Under the pieces are notes generated by a model. The model searched no databases. It worked only from the letters and a program-made list of their open reading frames with translations, and had not been told where the DNA came from. Shown one piece after another: positions 1 to 8,279 of a stretch of 64,000 nt of DNA. The number at the start of each line of letters is the position of its first letter. Within the stretch, counting starts at the first letter, position 1. Source of the DNA: Nitrospirota bacterium (GTDB taxonomy: Bacteria; Nitrospirota; UBA9217); assembly GCA_963740085.1 (NCBI GenBank), contig CAVUCU010000001.1:1-64000 (forward strand), read 5' to 3'. A program made the translations under genes and the position numbers.

Positions 1-160
1 CGCAGAATAAAATCACGCCTTTCTTTTTTAGATTCAACATCTAAAGGCATTCATCTGCGTTAATCTGCGTAATCTGTGGACAAAAAGACTTTCAGGGACC
101 AACTCTATCCGCAGATGTCGCAGAGTGCGCAGAATAAAATCACGCCGGACCCCGCTACGG

Positions 161-347
161 TCAGGACTTGCGGTTTGACATCCGCCGCTTTCCACGCGTT
201 CGATACACTGCCCGGCTCTCTTTGATGAGATCCAATCTTCCTTTTGCGACTCTCCTCCCCATCTTGAGGTGCCAAAATGGTACTTCAAGTTGTCGAACTC
301 TTCTTCGTGAGCTGTATCATGAAATCATCAGGAAAGCGCTCAAGATT
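161..347 (-). pseudogene. ORF6N-domain protein remnant (frameshifted, internally deleted)
   Basis: Minus strand reads NLERFPDDFMIQLTK / EEFDNLKYHFGTSRWGG / KRKIG / LIKESRAVYR..* across frameshifts. These match the ORF6N motif and the usual C-terminal tail of such proteins. Confidence 0.75.
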
Positions 348-495
348 TCATCTGTTCTCCGTTTTGTTATCTCCAGCATCAATGAGGATAACCGTTCTAT
401 CCGCAGATGTCGCAGAATGCGCAGAAAAAGCAAACCTTCCGTTTCATTCTAGATTCCATCTGCGTTAATCTGCGTAATCTGTGGACAAAAGACTT

Positions 496-918
496 TCAGG
501 GACCAACTCTATCCGCAGAGATTTCAGATTTTGAAGAGAGAACAAATCTTTCATTTTCCAATCGGACGGCCCCGAAGTTCAGCAGCAAACCTCTCCCATG
601 TCTGGATGCCTTGAGGTAATTAATGACCTGTGCCTTCTCTTTTCCGCCAAGTTGATCCAAAGCCTTCAATTCCACGATCACATCGTCATAACAAATAAAA
701 TCCGACTTATAGGTAGCATTCAACCGCTCGCCCTTATAGTCGATCGGCAATTCTACCTCACGTCTAAAGGGAATACCCCGGCGCAAAAACTCTCTTTCTA
801 GAGCCTCCTGATAAACAGCCTCCAAAAAACCGCAACCAAGAACGCGATGAACTTCGAGGGCCGCGCCTATTATGGCATAGGTTTGAGGATCACGTATATT
901 ATCTTCTGAAATATTCAT
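496..918 (-). CDS. GxxExxY family protein (PD-(D/E)XK nuclease-like)
   Basis: IIGAALEVHRVLGCGFLEAVYQEAL, D..C.D.VIVELKA, Q.INYLKAS, GLLLNFG motifs. Confidence 0.95.
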   Translation of the reverse strand: MNISEDNIRDPQTYAIIGAALEVHRVLGCGFLEAVYQEALEREFLRRGIPFRREVELPIDYKGERLNATYKSDFICYDDVIVELKALDQLGGKEKAQVINYLKASRHGRGLLLNFGAVRLENERFVLSSKSEISADRVGP

Positions 919-1458
919 TTTCGTTAATGGACAGATTCTTTAGAACCGATACTTTCTGCAGATGTCGCAGAGTGCGCAGAAAAAGCGAACCTTCTGTTTT
1001 ATTCTAGATTCCATCTGCGTTAATCTGCGTAATCTGTGGACAAAAGACTTTCAGGGACCAACTCTATCCGCAGATGTCGCAGAATGCGCAGAATAAAATC
1101 ACGCCTATCTTTTTTAGATTCAAACACTAAAGGCATTTATCTGCGTTAATCTGCGTAATCTGTGGACAAACTTCTTTCAGGACCAACTCTATCCGCAGAT
1201 GTCGCAGAGTGCGCAGAAAAAGCGAACCTTCTGTTTTATTCTAGATTCCATCTGCGTTAATCTGCGTAATCTGTGGACAAAAGACTTTCAGGACCAATTC
1301 TATCCGCAGATGTCGCAGAATGCGCAGAAAAAAATTAAGTATGTTCCGCTCAGATTCAAACACTAAAGGCATTTATCTGCGTTAATCTGCGTAATCTGTG
1401 GACAGATGTTTCTCATCTGAGTGCATGAGGAAACCAGTTGGCTCATCACTGTTTTTTG

Positions 1459-1499
1459 GAAGAATATTCCTATTGAGGGTAAAAGTAAAGAAGGTTTTT
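1459..1499 (-). promoter_or_regulatory. sigma70-like promoter module, copy 1 (TTTACT-17-TATTCT), facing the hairpin array
   Basis: -35 at 1484-1489, -10 at 1461-1466; near-identical copies at 6756 and 22638. Confidence 0.6.
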
Positions 1500-1629
1500 G
1501 TTCAGGGTTCAAGGGTGATGCGTTGTGGAATTCGGAATGCGCATTGCGGAACGGAATCAAAACAGTTCTAATATATGAGCCGAAAATTGCTGCCGAATGC
1601 CGTCTTACCGGCATCCGGCAGGGCTTCCC

Positions 1630-2511
1630 TTACGCAGCCTTCGTCGCAGCGCCCCTCCACTCCATGGTGATCTCCTTGACGAAATCGTCGAAGGTCCGGG
1701 GCTTGTGCCCAAGGAGCTTCTGCATTTTTTCGAGGTCCTCCTTCGAGGCGATCATCCCGTTGTCATGGAAGAACTGGTACATGATGCGCATATCCGCGAT
1801 CAGGAACTCCGGCATCATCTTCTTTGCCTTTTCTCCCCAGGCATCGAGGTCGTCCCCGCTGTACCGGACCTCCCGTCCCAGGTGCTTTGTGTAGATCCCG
1901 GCGATCCCTTCTCCCGTCAGGGTATCGGGTCCGTGGATCTCGTACGTCTGGCCCTCGTGACCGGACTTCATGAGCGCGTTGATCGCACAGTCAGCGATGT
2001 CGCGCACATCGACCCGGTTCACGCCCTTCGTGCCGATGGGCTGGGGATAAACGCTGTACTGCATGATCGCGTCCTTCAACCAGAGGTCGTTCTGGAAGAA
2101 ATTGTTCGGCCGGAGGATCGTGTAGGCGATCTTCGACTCCTTGACGGCCTTCTCCACCGGAAGTTTGCTCCGGAAATGCGGTATTCTTTCCGACCCTTTG
2201 GGCATGGAGACCGACATGTAGACGATCTTCTTGACCCCGGCCGCCTTTGCCGCGGATACGGCAGAAAGCCCCTCCTCTGTCTCGTTCGGCCCCACGGGGA
2301 CAAGAAGGAACATGCTGTCGACGCCGTCGAATGCCGCACGGAGCGTATCGGGATCATCAAAGTCCGCCCGATACCCTTCCACGCCTGCTGGCAGCTTTTT
2401 CAGTTTATCCGGGGAATGGCTCATGACCCGAACGTTGACCCCCTGTTTAAGCAGGCCGGACACCACCATTCTTCCCACCATACCTGTTCCGCCTATAATG
2501 AGTGTCTTCAT
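1630..2511 (-). CDS. NmrA/atypical SDR family NAD(P)-binding protein
   Basis: MKTLIIGGTGMVG Rossmann motif, YTILRPNNFFQN, VDVRDIA; RBS AGGAGG before the ATG at 2511. Confidence 0.9.
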   Translation of the reverse strand: MKTLIIGGTGMVGRMVVSGLLKQGVNVRVMSHSPDKLKKLPAGVEGYRADFDDPDTLRAAFDGVDSMFLLVPVGPNETEEGLSAVSAAKAAGVKKIVYMSVSMPKGSERIPHFRSKLPVEKAVKESKIAYTILRPNNFFQNDLWLKDAIMQYSVYPQPIGTKGVNRVDVRDIADCAINALMKSGHEGQTYEIHGPDTLTGEGIAGIYTKHLGREVRYSGDDLDAWGEKAKKMMPEFLIADMRIMYQFFHDNGMIASKEDLEKMQKLLGHKPRTFDDFVKEITMEWRGAATKAA

Positions 2512-2608
2512 AATGCACCTCCTATCGCTACTCACCGGAAGTCTTCGTTTTTCATGGGGATGTCGATCGCGCGGGATGCGAAGATGCTTTCGTGAGAGGC
2601 CTACTTTA

Positions 2609-2637
2609 AGTATGACGCCGATAGAGCGTCATGTCAA
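2609..2637 (-). promoter_or_regulatory. Promoter TTGACA-17-CATACT overlapped by inverted repeat ATGACGC-N7-GCGTCAT (likely operator)
   Basis: -35 2632-2637, -10 2609-2614, inverted repeat 2612-2618/2626-2632. Confidence 0.55.
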
Positions 2638-2670
2638 GGAGACCGGGGAATACAGTGTCTATTAGTACTG

Positions 2671-2786
2671 CAGGGGTCAGGGGTCAGGGGTCAGGGGTCA
2701 GGGGTCAGGGGTCAGGGGTCAGGGGTCAGGGGTCAGGGGTCAGGGGTCAGGGGTCAGGGGTCAGGGGTCAGGGGTAGGGGTCAGGG
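2671..2786 (+). repeat. (CAGGGGT)n heptamer microsatellite, ~16 units
   Basis: 15 perfect units then one unit lacking the C. Confidence 0.95.
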
Positions 2787-2807
2787 CCGAGGCTTTGTTG
2801 CTTTACT

Positions 2808-3400
2808 CCCATTCGAAAATTTAGGTGTGCGACCGAGTCCAAGGGTTAAGCATTTCGGACTGTCTGAGCCCGCAGGGCGAGTTTCCGAAATGTACTGAGG
2901 ACGACTGAGCACACCGTGAAGAATTTTCGTCGGGTGCCTTTCTTTGGGTCACCTTTCTTGGGCAAGCAAGAAAGGTGACGAAGAAACGGCGTAAAAGTTT
3001 ATGTTTTTTGCACATCCCCTTCGCGTCCTGAACGACATTTTTGACCCGACTAAGGCCACGTCCGCTCGCCCGCGTAAACTCGGCCTTCGGCCTCAGACAC
3101 CGTGCTCTTGCGATAACGCTGGTGCAGGCAGTACTTCGCGTTCGCCCTGTGGGACGCTTCCTTAGGCCAAGACGGGTGCCCAAAAATATCGCCTGCGCCC
3201 AGCGATTACGAGTGGAACCGCGAGTGCAGGGTGTAAGGGCCGTTCCGGGGACGTGCGGAGTTGGGGTAAAGATTAGAATCAAAGTTACTAGCTGGTTCCC
3301 CATTCTAAAATTTAGGTCGTGTGACCAAGTCCGAGGGTTAAGCATTTCGACGGACTGCCTGCACCCAGCGTTTACGAGTGCAACGCGCGAGTGCAGAGCA
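2808..3400. repeat. Composite REP/BIME-like palindromic region
   Basis: Direct repeats 2808-2862/3298-3356 and 3191-3229/3356-3396; perfect 13-bp inverted repeat GTCACCTTTCTTG..CAAGAAAGGTGAC 2948-2979; inverted repeat CATTTCGGA..TCCGAAATG 2851-2892. Confidence 0.75.
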
Positions 3401-3410
3401 GTAAGAAGCA

Positions 3411-3504
3411 AGGGTGGAGTGATGCGAGTCCTGCATATCAGGGTGGAGGTACTGTACCTCTTCCCGGCATGCTGAGTGGCCGAGTGATGAGCTGCCCAAA
3501 AAAA
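3411..3504. repeat. 94-bp dispersed structured repeat, copy 1
   Basis: 92/94 identical to 7154-7247. Confidence 0.9.
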
Positions 3505-3586
3505 ACCGACCCATCGGACAAGAACCGAATGATTAAATTTGGCTGAGACGGGTTAGAGGGTAAATTATCTTTTTTTTCTAAATTGT

Positions 3587-3907
3587 CTATTCTCTGCCTA
3601 TGTCTCTGTACCTGGTTCTGCTATTATATTTAATTTTCTCGGGCCTGCCGCTTTTCTGATGCCTTCCGATAATAAAATAAAGCAGTATTCCGATCGGCGG
3701 GAGCAGTATCACGAAAAGGAACCAGATTATCTTATCCGTATTATTCGTGAACTGGCCGCGAACGATATCGATGATCGTTACCAGCCAGAGCAGAAACAAC
3801 ACAATGGATACGATTATTATTACTGCGGCGAAGCGCGCAATTTGTTCCAAGATCCCTGGATCAAAGTAGGTGTCATTGTTCAACCCTTTATCGTATTGAG
3901 TGGCCAA
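3587..3907 (-). CDS. PLDc N-terminal domain small membrane protein
   Basis: LWLVTIIDIVRGQF..DKIIWFLFVILLPPIGILLYFIIGR; start uncertain. Confidence 0.75.
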   Translation of the reverse strand: MATQYDKGLNNDTYFDPGILEQIARFAAVIIIVSIVLFLLWLVTIIDIVRGQFTNNTDKIIWFLFVILLPPIGILLYFIIGRHQKSGRPEKIKYNSRTRYRDIGRE

Positions 3908-3931
3908 TAGAGAATAGAGGCCTTCATTGCC

Positions 3932-4213
3932 TTATCCGCCCTTCGGATCCATCCTCATCAACTCCACCTCGCGTGAAGCCTCGTTGATATCGTAATGGGG
4001 GTAGACATGGAGGTGCGCATGCTGTCCTTCTTTTAAGTGAGGCCAGGTGTCGAGGTCCTGGTCGGCAAGCCAGGTGAGGAGCGCGCTGAGCGACCGCAGT
4101 CCCTCGGGGTCGCCGGAGATCACGATCTTTTCCCCTTTATCGGTGATCTGGATGTTGCCACTCAGTTTGGGGAATCGCAACGGTTCCTCTTGAAGGGCTG
4201 AAAAGTCGTTCAT
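3932..4213 (-). CDS. Imm32-like putative immunity protein
   Basis: ISGDPEGLRSL..LL..LA and HxHL motifs recalled from the Imm32 family. Confidence 0.6.
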   Translation of the reverse strand: MNDFSALQEEPLRFPKLSGNIQITDKGEKIVISGDPEGLRSLSALLTWLADQDLDTWPHLKEGQHAHLHVYPHYDINEASREVELMRMDPKGG

Positions 4214-4246
4214 GGTTCTCCGGGATGCGGTCCGTGCGGAAGGATC

Positions 4247-5176
4247 CTATTTCATCGACCTCACCGTCGCCCGGATACCCTCACGGTACGGCGTCGCCTT
4301 GAGATCAAATGCCTTGTCGAATTTGCTGCTGTCAAACAGATAGTCTGAATCATTCTGATAAAGCATCTCCACGCTTTCTCGAACGTTCCCGTTAAAAAGT
4401 CCGGCCATTTGGACCATCCAACGGGGAAGGACCGTATACCGGGGCGGCGATCCGAACTCCCCGGCGACCTGTTCGATGAATTCCTTCCCGGTCAAAGCAT
4501 TCCTGTCCGTCGGCAAATGCCATATCTGATCATAGGCACTCTCGGTATTGCCCAACAGGGCAGTCGCTTTGCCTGCATCCGGCGTATAGGTCAGAGAATG
4601 CCTCACGTTGTCATTTATCAGCCACTGTGCCTTCTTCCCTTTTTTGATATTGTCGAAAACCATGATGGTGGCAACGCTGAGCGGGGTATGGGGCCCGTAG
4701 AAGTCTGCTGACCGTGCAATGATGGCCTTCAGTACCCCTCGACCGACTTCATCCAGTATCATTTCAGCAATTCTCTTCCTTACCTCGCCCTTTTTGCTCG
4801 ATGGATCCATAGGGGTATTTTCCGTCATCCATCCATCGACCCGTCCATAGGAATAGACATTATCAAAGAAAACCAGTCTGGCATTGTGCTTCTTACACGC
4901 ATCAATGACATTTTTCATGATCCGGGGCCAATGGCTTTGCCACGTTTTGAGGTTATAAGGAATGCCCGCCGTGAGGTAAACAACTTCAGAACCCTGCACT
5001 GCGTTCATCGTTTGCGCGGCATCAAGAAGATCGGCCGGAAACAACTCATCGGTCATCGTTACCTTCTTTGGATTACGACTCACCAATCTGATCCTGTCAG
5101 TATATCTGGGAAGGCTCTTTGCCAGTTCTGTCCCGATAATGCCCCCGGCGCCCAAAATGGTCTGGATGCCATACAT
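4247..5176 (-). CDS. NAD-dependent epimerase/dehydratase family protein
   Basis: TILGAGGIIG, DNVYSYG, ARSADFYGP, TYTPDAGKA; RBS GGAGG before 5176. Confidence 0.9.
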   Translation of the reverse strand: MYGIQTILGAGGIIGTELAKSLPRYTDRIRLVSRNPKKVTMTDELFPADLLDAAQTMNAVQGSEVVYLTAGIPYNLKTWQSHWPRIMKNVIDACKKHNARLVFFDNVYSYGRVDGWMTENTPMDPSSKKGEVRKRIAEMILDEVGRGVLKAIIARSADFYGPHTPLSVATIMVFDNIKKGKKAQWLINDNVRHSLTYTPDAGKATALLGNTESAYDQIWHLPTDRNALTGKEFIEQVAGEFGSPPRYTVLPRWMVQMAGLFNGNVRESVEMLYQNDSDYLFDSSKFDKAFDLKATPYREGIRATVRSMK

Positions 5177-5363
5177 CCCCATCCCTCCCGGATCTGCATT
5201 TCTGATCATATCGTTGCCGCAATGTTAAGGGGGGTCAAGTCCGCAGATCAAGTAAGAAGTAAAAATTAAGAATTATGACATTTACGTCTTCCTTCAAACC
5301 TATTCCTTCTTACTTCTTCCTTTCACCTCTTACTTCTTCCTTCATACTTCTTCCTTGCTGTCT

Positions 5364-5528
5364 TTAATTCTGCCATGACAGGACAACGATAACAATCAAA
5401 ACAATCGCCGCCAGGATCCACCAGGTAACTTTTGGAAAGCGGCGTTTCTTTGCATTTCTGTCCCGTAATCCGCCCCGATCCCAGTCGATCTCCTTTTCCC
5501 GGTACCAGTCCCTGTCTTCCATTCCCAT
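5364..5528 (-). CDS. Small membrane protein (54 aa, MGMEDRDWYR N-terminus, one C-terminal TM helix)
   Basis: MGxxDRDWYR start motif plus hydrophobic C-terminus; the longer ORF overlaps the kinase. Confidence 0.7.
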   Translation of the reverse strand: MGMEDRDWYREKEIDWDRGGLRDRNAKKRRFPKVTWWILAAIVLIVIVVLSWQN

Positions 5529-5571
5529 GACAAAACCGTCTCCCAATCGAATTCCACAGCGCCCTGCGAAG

Positions 5572-6705
5572 CTACAGGGTAAAGAAGAACTCCGCCCCTT
5601 TGTCCACCGCTCCTTCGGCCCCGACGCGGCCTCCATGCCGATGAATGATGCGTCGCACGGTTGCGAGGCCGATGCCGGTTCCGGGAAACTGGGCCTCCTG
5701 GTGGAGACGCTGAAAGGGAATAAAAAGCTTTCCCGCGAAGTCCATGTCAAAACCGGCCCCGTTGTCCCTGACAAAATAGACCGGCATCCCCTCCTGCCCC
5801 CTGACCCCGAACTCGATCCGCGCCTTTCCGCGGCCGGCAGTGAATTTCACCGCGTTCCCCATCAGGTTCTCCAGAACGATCCGGAGCAGCCGTCCGTCGC
5901 CCGTGGCCCGGATCCCGGGCGCAACGATGAACTCAATGTCGCGATCCGGAAAGCATTTCGACAGGTTTTTCGTCACATCGCTTCCGAGCGCGCTGAGGTC
6001 GACGGTCTCGCCTCGCATCTCGCCCCTGGTCACCCGGGAAAGGGCCAGCAGATCATCGATGAGCTGATCCATCCGGGTGCCCGCGGCACGGATGCGCTCG
6101 AGGAACCCCCTCGACTCATTGTCGAGGCTCGCGGCGTGGTCAACGATAAGGGCCTCGCTGAAACCGCGTATGCTCCTGAGCGGCGCCTTCAGGTCGTGCG
6201 AAACCGAGTAGCTGAAGGACTCCAGTTCCTGGTTCGCGGCCTCCAGTTGGGCTGCGCGGCGGCGCAGCGCGTCTTCAACAGTCTTGAGCTTCGTAATGTC
6301 TTCCAGAACGAGCAGGGTGAATTCCGTATCCTCGTACCGGATGGGACTGGCGGTCACCATCATATGGACCTCGGTCGTCCCGCCGTTGTGCAGCAGCATC
6401 ATCTTCACGGTCTCCTGGTCCACCCTGTCCCCTTTAAAGGACCTGTTGACGGAGTTCCTTACCACGCATTCCATGCAGGCAGGGGCCCTTCCGCACCCTT
6501 CGGGGGTTTCGCTCGCATGGAGGCAATGCAGCGCCTCGCCGCCCCGTTTCAAAAGGACCATTTCCTTGTCAACGCCCAGAAGCCTCGACGCGGCAATATT
6601 CAGGTGATGGATCCGGACATCCTCGTCCACGATGAAGATGAACGAGGGGATGGTGTCGAAGAGGTGGTGGAGGAAATCGGCCTTTTGCAGGAGGTCTTTG
6701 GTCAT
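5572..6705 (-). CDS. PAS-domain sensor histidine kinase
   Basis: H-box SHDLKAPL, N-box ENLMGNAVKF, G-boxes DNGAGF and GTGIGLA; Cys-rich PAS (C..C..C..C). Confidence 0.92.
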   Translation of the reverse strand: MTKDLLQKADFLHHLFDTIPSFIFIVDEDVRIHHLNIAASRLLGVDKEMVLLKRGGEALHCLHASETPEGCGRAPACMECVVRNSVNRSFKGDRVDQETVKMMLLHNGGTTEVHMMVTASPIRYEDTEFTLLVLEDITKLKTVEDALRRRAAQLEAANQELESFSYSVSHDLKAPLRSIRGFSEALIVDHAASLDNESRGFLERIRAAGTRMDQLIDDLLALSRVTRGEMRGETVDLSALGSDVTKNLSKCFPDRDIEFIVAPGIRATGDGRLLRIVLENLMGNAVKFTAGRGKARIEFGVRGQEGMPVYFVRDNGAGFDMDFAGKLFIPFQRLHQEAQFPGTGIGLATVRRIIHRHGGRVGAEGAVDKGAEFFFTL

Positions 6706-6755
6706 TGGTTTCTGTTCGTCGAAAGAGTGAGATGACTGTGAGATCTATTGTTGAT

Positions 6756-6794
6756 GAGGATATTCCAATTGAGGGAAAAAGTAAAGCAGGTTTT
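6756..6794 (-). promoter_or_regulatory. Promoter module copy 2 (TTTACT-17-TATCCT) upstream of the kinase
   Basis: -35 6780-6785, -10 6757-6762. Confidence 0.6.
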
Positions 6795-6930
6795 GAGAAG
6801 CAGAAGCACAGGTCACGATCCTGTTTTTTTCTGCACCCCAGTTCACAGCTCCGCGCAGGGCATGATCCCGGTATTGATAACAAGCCTTTCGAGCATCGCA
6901 GCACTTCCCCTCGCCCGGGGGAACGGGCGA

Positions 6931-7133
6931 GGCCGTGTCTGCCTGGCTTTGTGGCGACTTCGGTCTTTTCTCCCCTGGCATGCTTGTGCGCGAACCTGTT
7001 CATGGGATGCAAGGATTCTGGAAAGTCAAAGAGTTCTGCCGTTCCCCTGCGCCGGGCAGCTCTGAGCGAAAGACACGCAGAGCAATGCTGCACAGATCAT
7101 AGTTAACCGGAACACGACAAGGCAGACACGGCC
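6931..7133. repeat. REP/MITE-like unit bounded by a perfect 14-bp inverted repeat
   Basis: GGCCGTGTCTGCCT 6931-6944 and AGGCAGACACGGCC 7120-7133. Confidence 0.55.
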
Positions 7134-7153
7134 GAGCCCTTTTTTAAAGGGCG

Positions 7154-7247
7154 AGGGTGGAGTGATGCGAGTCCTGCATATCAGGGTGGAGGCACTGTAC
7201 CTCTTCCCGGCATGCTGCGTGGCCGAGTGATGAGCTGCCCAAAAAAA
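7154..7247. repeat. 94-bp dispersed structured repeat, copy 2
   Basis: 92/94 identical to 3411-3504. Confidence 0.9.
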
Positions 7248-7392
7248 TCAATGCACACCCGGGACAAGCGCCAACTTAGATAATATTCGGGAAACAGGTT
7301 GTTCATGAAGAATAAAAAGCGATACATGCAATTAAGTGACCCGCAGATTCTCCCTCGTCTCTCAGTCGACTCTTTGTCGCTCCTCTCTCCCC

Positions 7393-8232
7393 TCAGTTCT
7401 TCGTCGTGCCCACAGCGAGGCCTGATATGATCCGGTCGAGGAAGAGCGTGTACATTATCGCAACAGGGATGCTCGCGATCAGCGCCCCGCCCATGAGCGC
7501 CCCCCAGTAGAAGACGTCCCCCCGCACCAGCTCCGTGGTCATGCCGATGCCGATGGTCTTCTTCGCCGAGTCCTGGATGAAGGAGAGCGCGTAGATGTAC
7601 TCGTGCGCCACGAGCGTGAAGGAGAAGACGACGACGGTGATGATGCCGGGTATGGAGAGCGGCAGAAGGATCCGCGCCATGGCCCCGATCCTGCTGCACC
7701 CGTCGACCAGGGCCTGCTCCTCGATGTCCTTCGGGATGGATTTGAAGAAGCTCATCAGGAGCCAGGTGCAGAACGGCACCGTGAAGGTGGGATATACGAG
7801 GATCAGGGACCACAGGGAGTTCTGGAGCCCCAGGATCGACACGATGCGCGAGAGCGGGATGAACAGGAGCGTCGGCGGGACGAGGTAGGTCAGGAAGATG
7901 CCGATGCCCACGCTCTCCCCCCACTTGCCTGCCAGGCGAGCCAGGCTGATCGCGGCGGGAACCGCCAGGATGACCGTGATCACCACGACGGCGACGCCCA
8001 CAAGGAAGGTGTTCAGCAGGAACCGGAGAAAGAGCGTCTGGTTGAAGAGCAGGTCGAGATGTTCCAGGGTCGGGCTTTCATTCAGCCAGAACGGGTTGTT
8101 GGTCGGGCTGAAGAGGTCGTGGCTCCGCTTGAACATGGTGATCAGCATGATGTAGAACGGCGCGGCCGAGAAAATAACGAAGATGCTCAGCCCGCCGTAG
8201 AAATAACCTTTTGATAATATTTTTTTCAGCAT
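7393..8232 (-). CDS. Carbohydrate ABC transporter permease (MalG-like)
   Basis: EAA loop IPKDIEEQALVDGCSR, about six TM helices. Confidence 0.92.
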   Translation of the reverse strand: MLKKILSKGYFYGGLSIFVIFSAAPFYIMLITMFKRSHDLFSPTNNPFWLNESPTLEHLDLLFNQTLFLRFLLNTFLVGVAVVVITVILAVPAAISLARLAGKWGESVGIGIFLTYLVPPTLLFIPLSRIVSILGLQNSLWSLILVYPTFTVPFCTWLLMSFFKSIPKDIEEQALVDGCSRIGAMARILLPLSIPGIITVVVFSFTLVAHEYIYALSFIQDSAKKTIGIGMTTELVRGDVFYWGALMGGALIASIPVAIMYTLFLDRIISGLAVGTTKN

Positions 8233-8279
8233 GATGTTATTTCTTCGCCATGAAACAGTAGTTCTCCTGTCTCCTGTCT

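Larger units (their letters stand above)
1..1404. repeat. Tandem array of ~110-125 bp hairpin units (left arm TCCGCAGATGTCGCAGARTGCGCAGAA, right arm ATCTGCGTTAATCTGCGTAATCTGTGGACA); open at the window start
   Basis: Exact right arm at 53, 458, 1013, 1139, 1250, 1375; left arms at ~108, 400, 955, 1067, 1192, 1303 (degenerate at 512). Arms are imperfect reverse complements with ~9-nt periodicity; linker AAAGACTTTCAGGGACCAACTCTA. Confidence 0.95.

Noticed and set aside
1-1404. CRISPR array
   Set aside because: Loops are not unique spacers (two recurring types), units are two-armed hairpins of ~110-125 bp, and no cas genes are in the window.
1-1404. Integron attC array
   Set aside because: No RYYYAAC/GTTRRRY core sites bounding the hairpins and no integrase visible; only the cassette logic is similar.
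2821-3475. ORFs 2821-3411(-) and 3041-3475(+) as genes
   Set aside because: They translate palindromic repeats and show no family motif.
3411-3504. Hammerhead ribozyme (UGAUGAG present)
   Set aside because: Core reads GUGAUGA rather than CUGAUGA, and there is no GAAA after a stem II.
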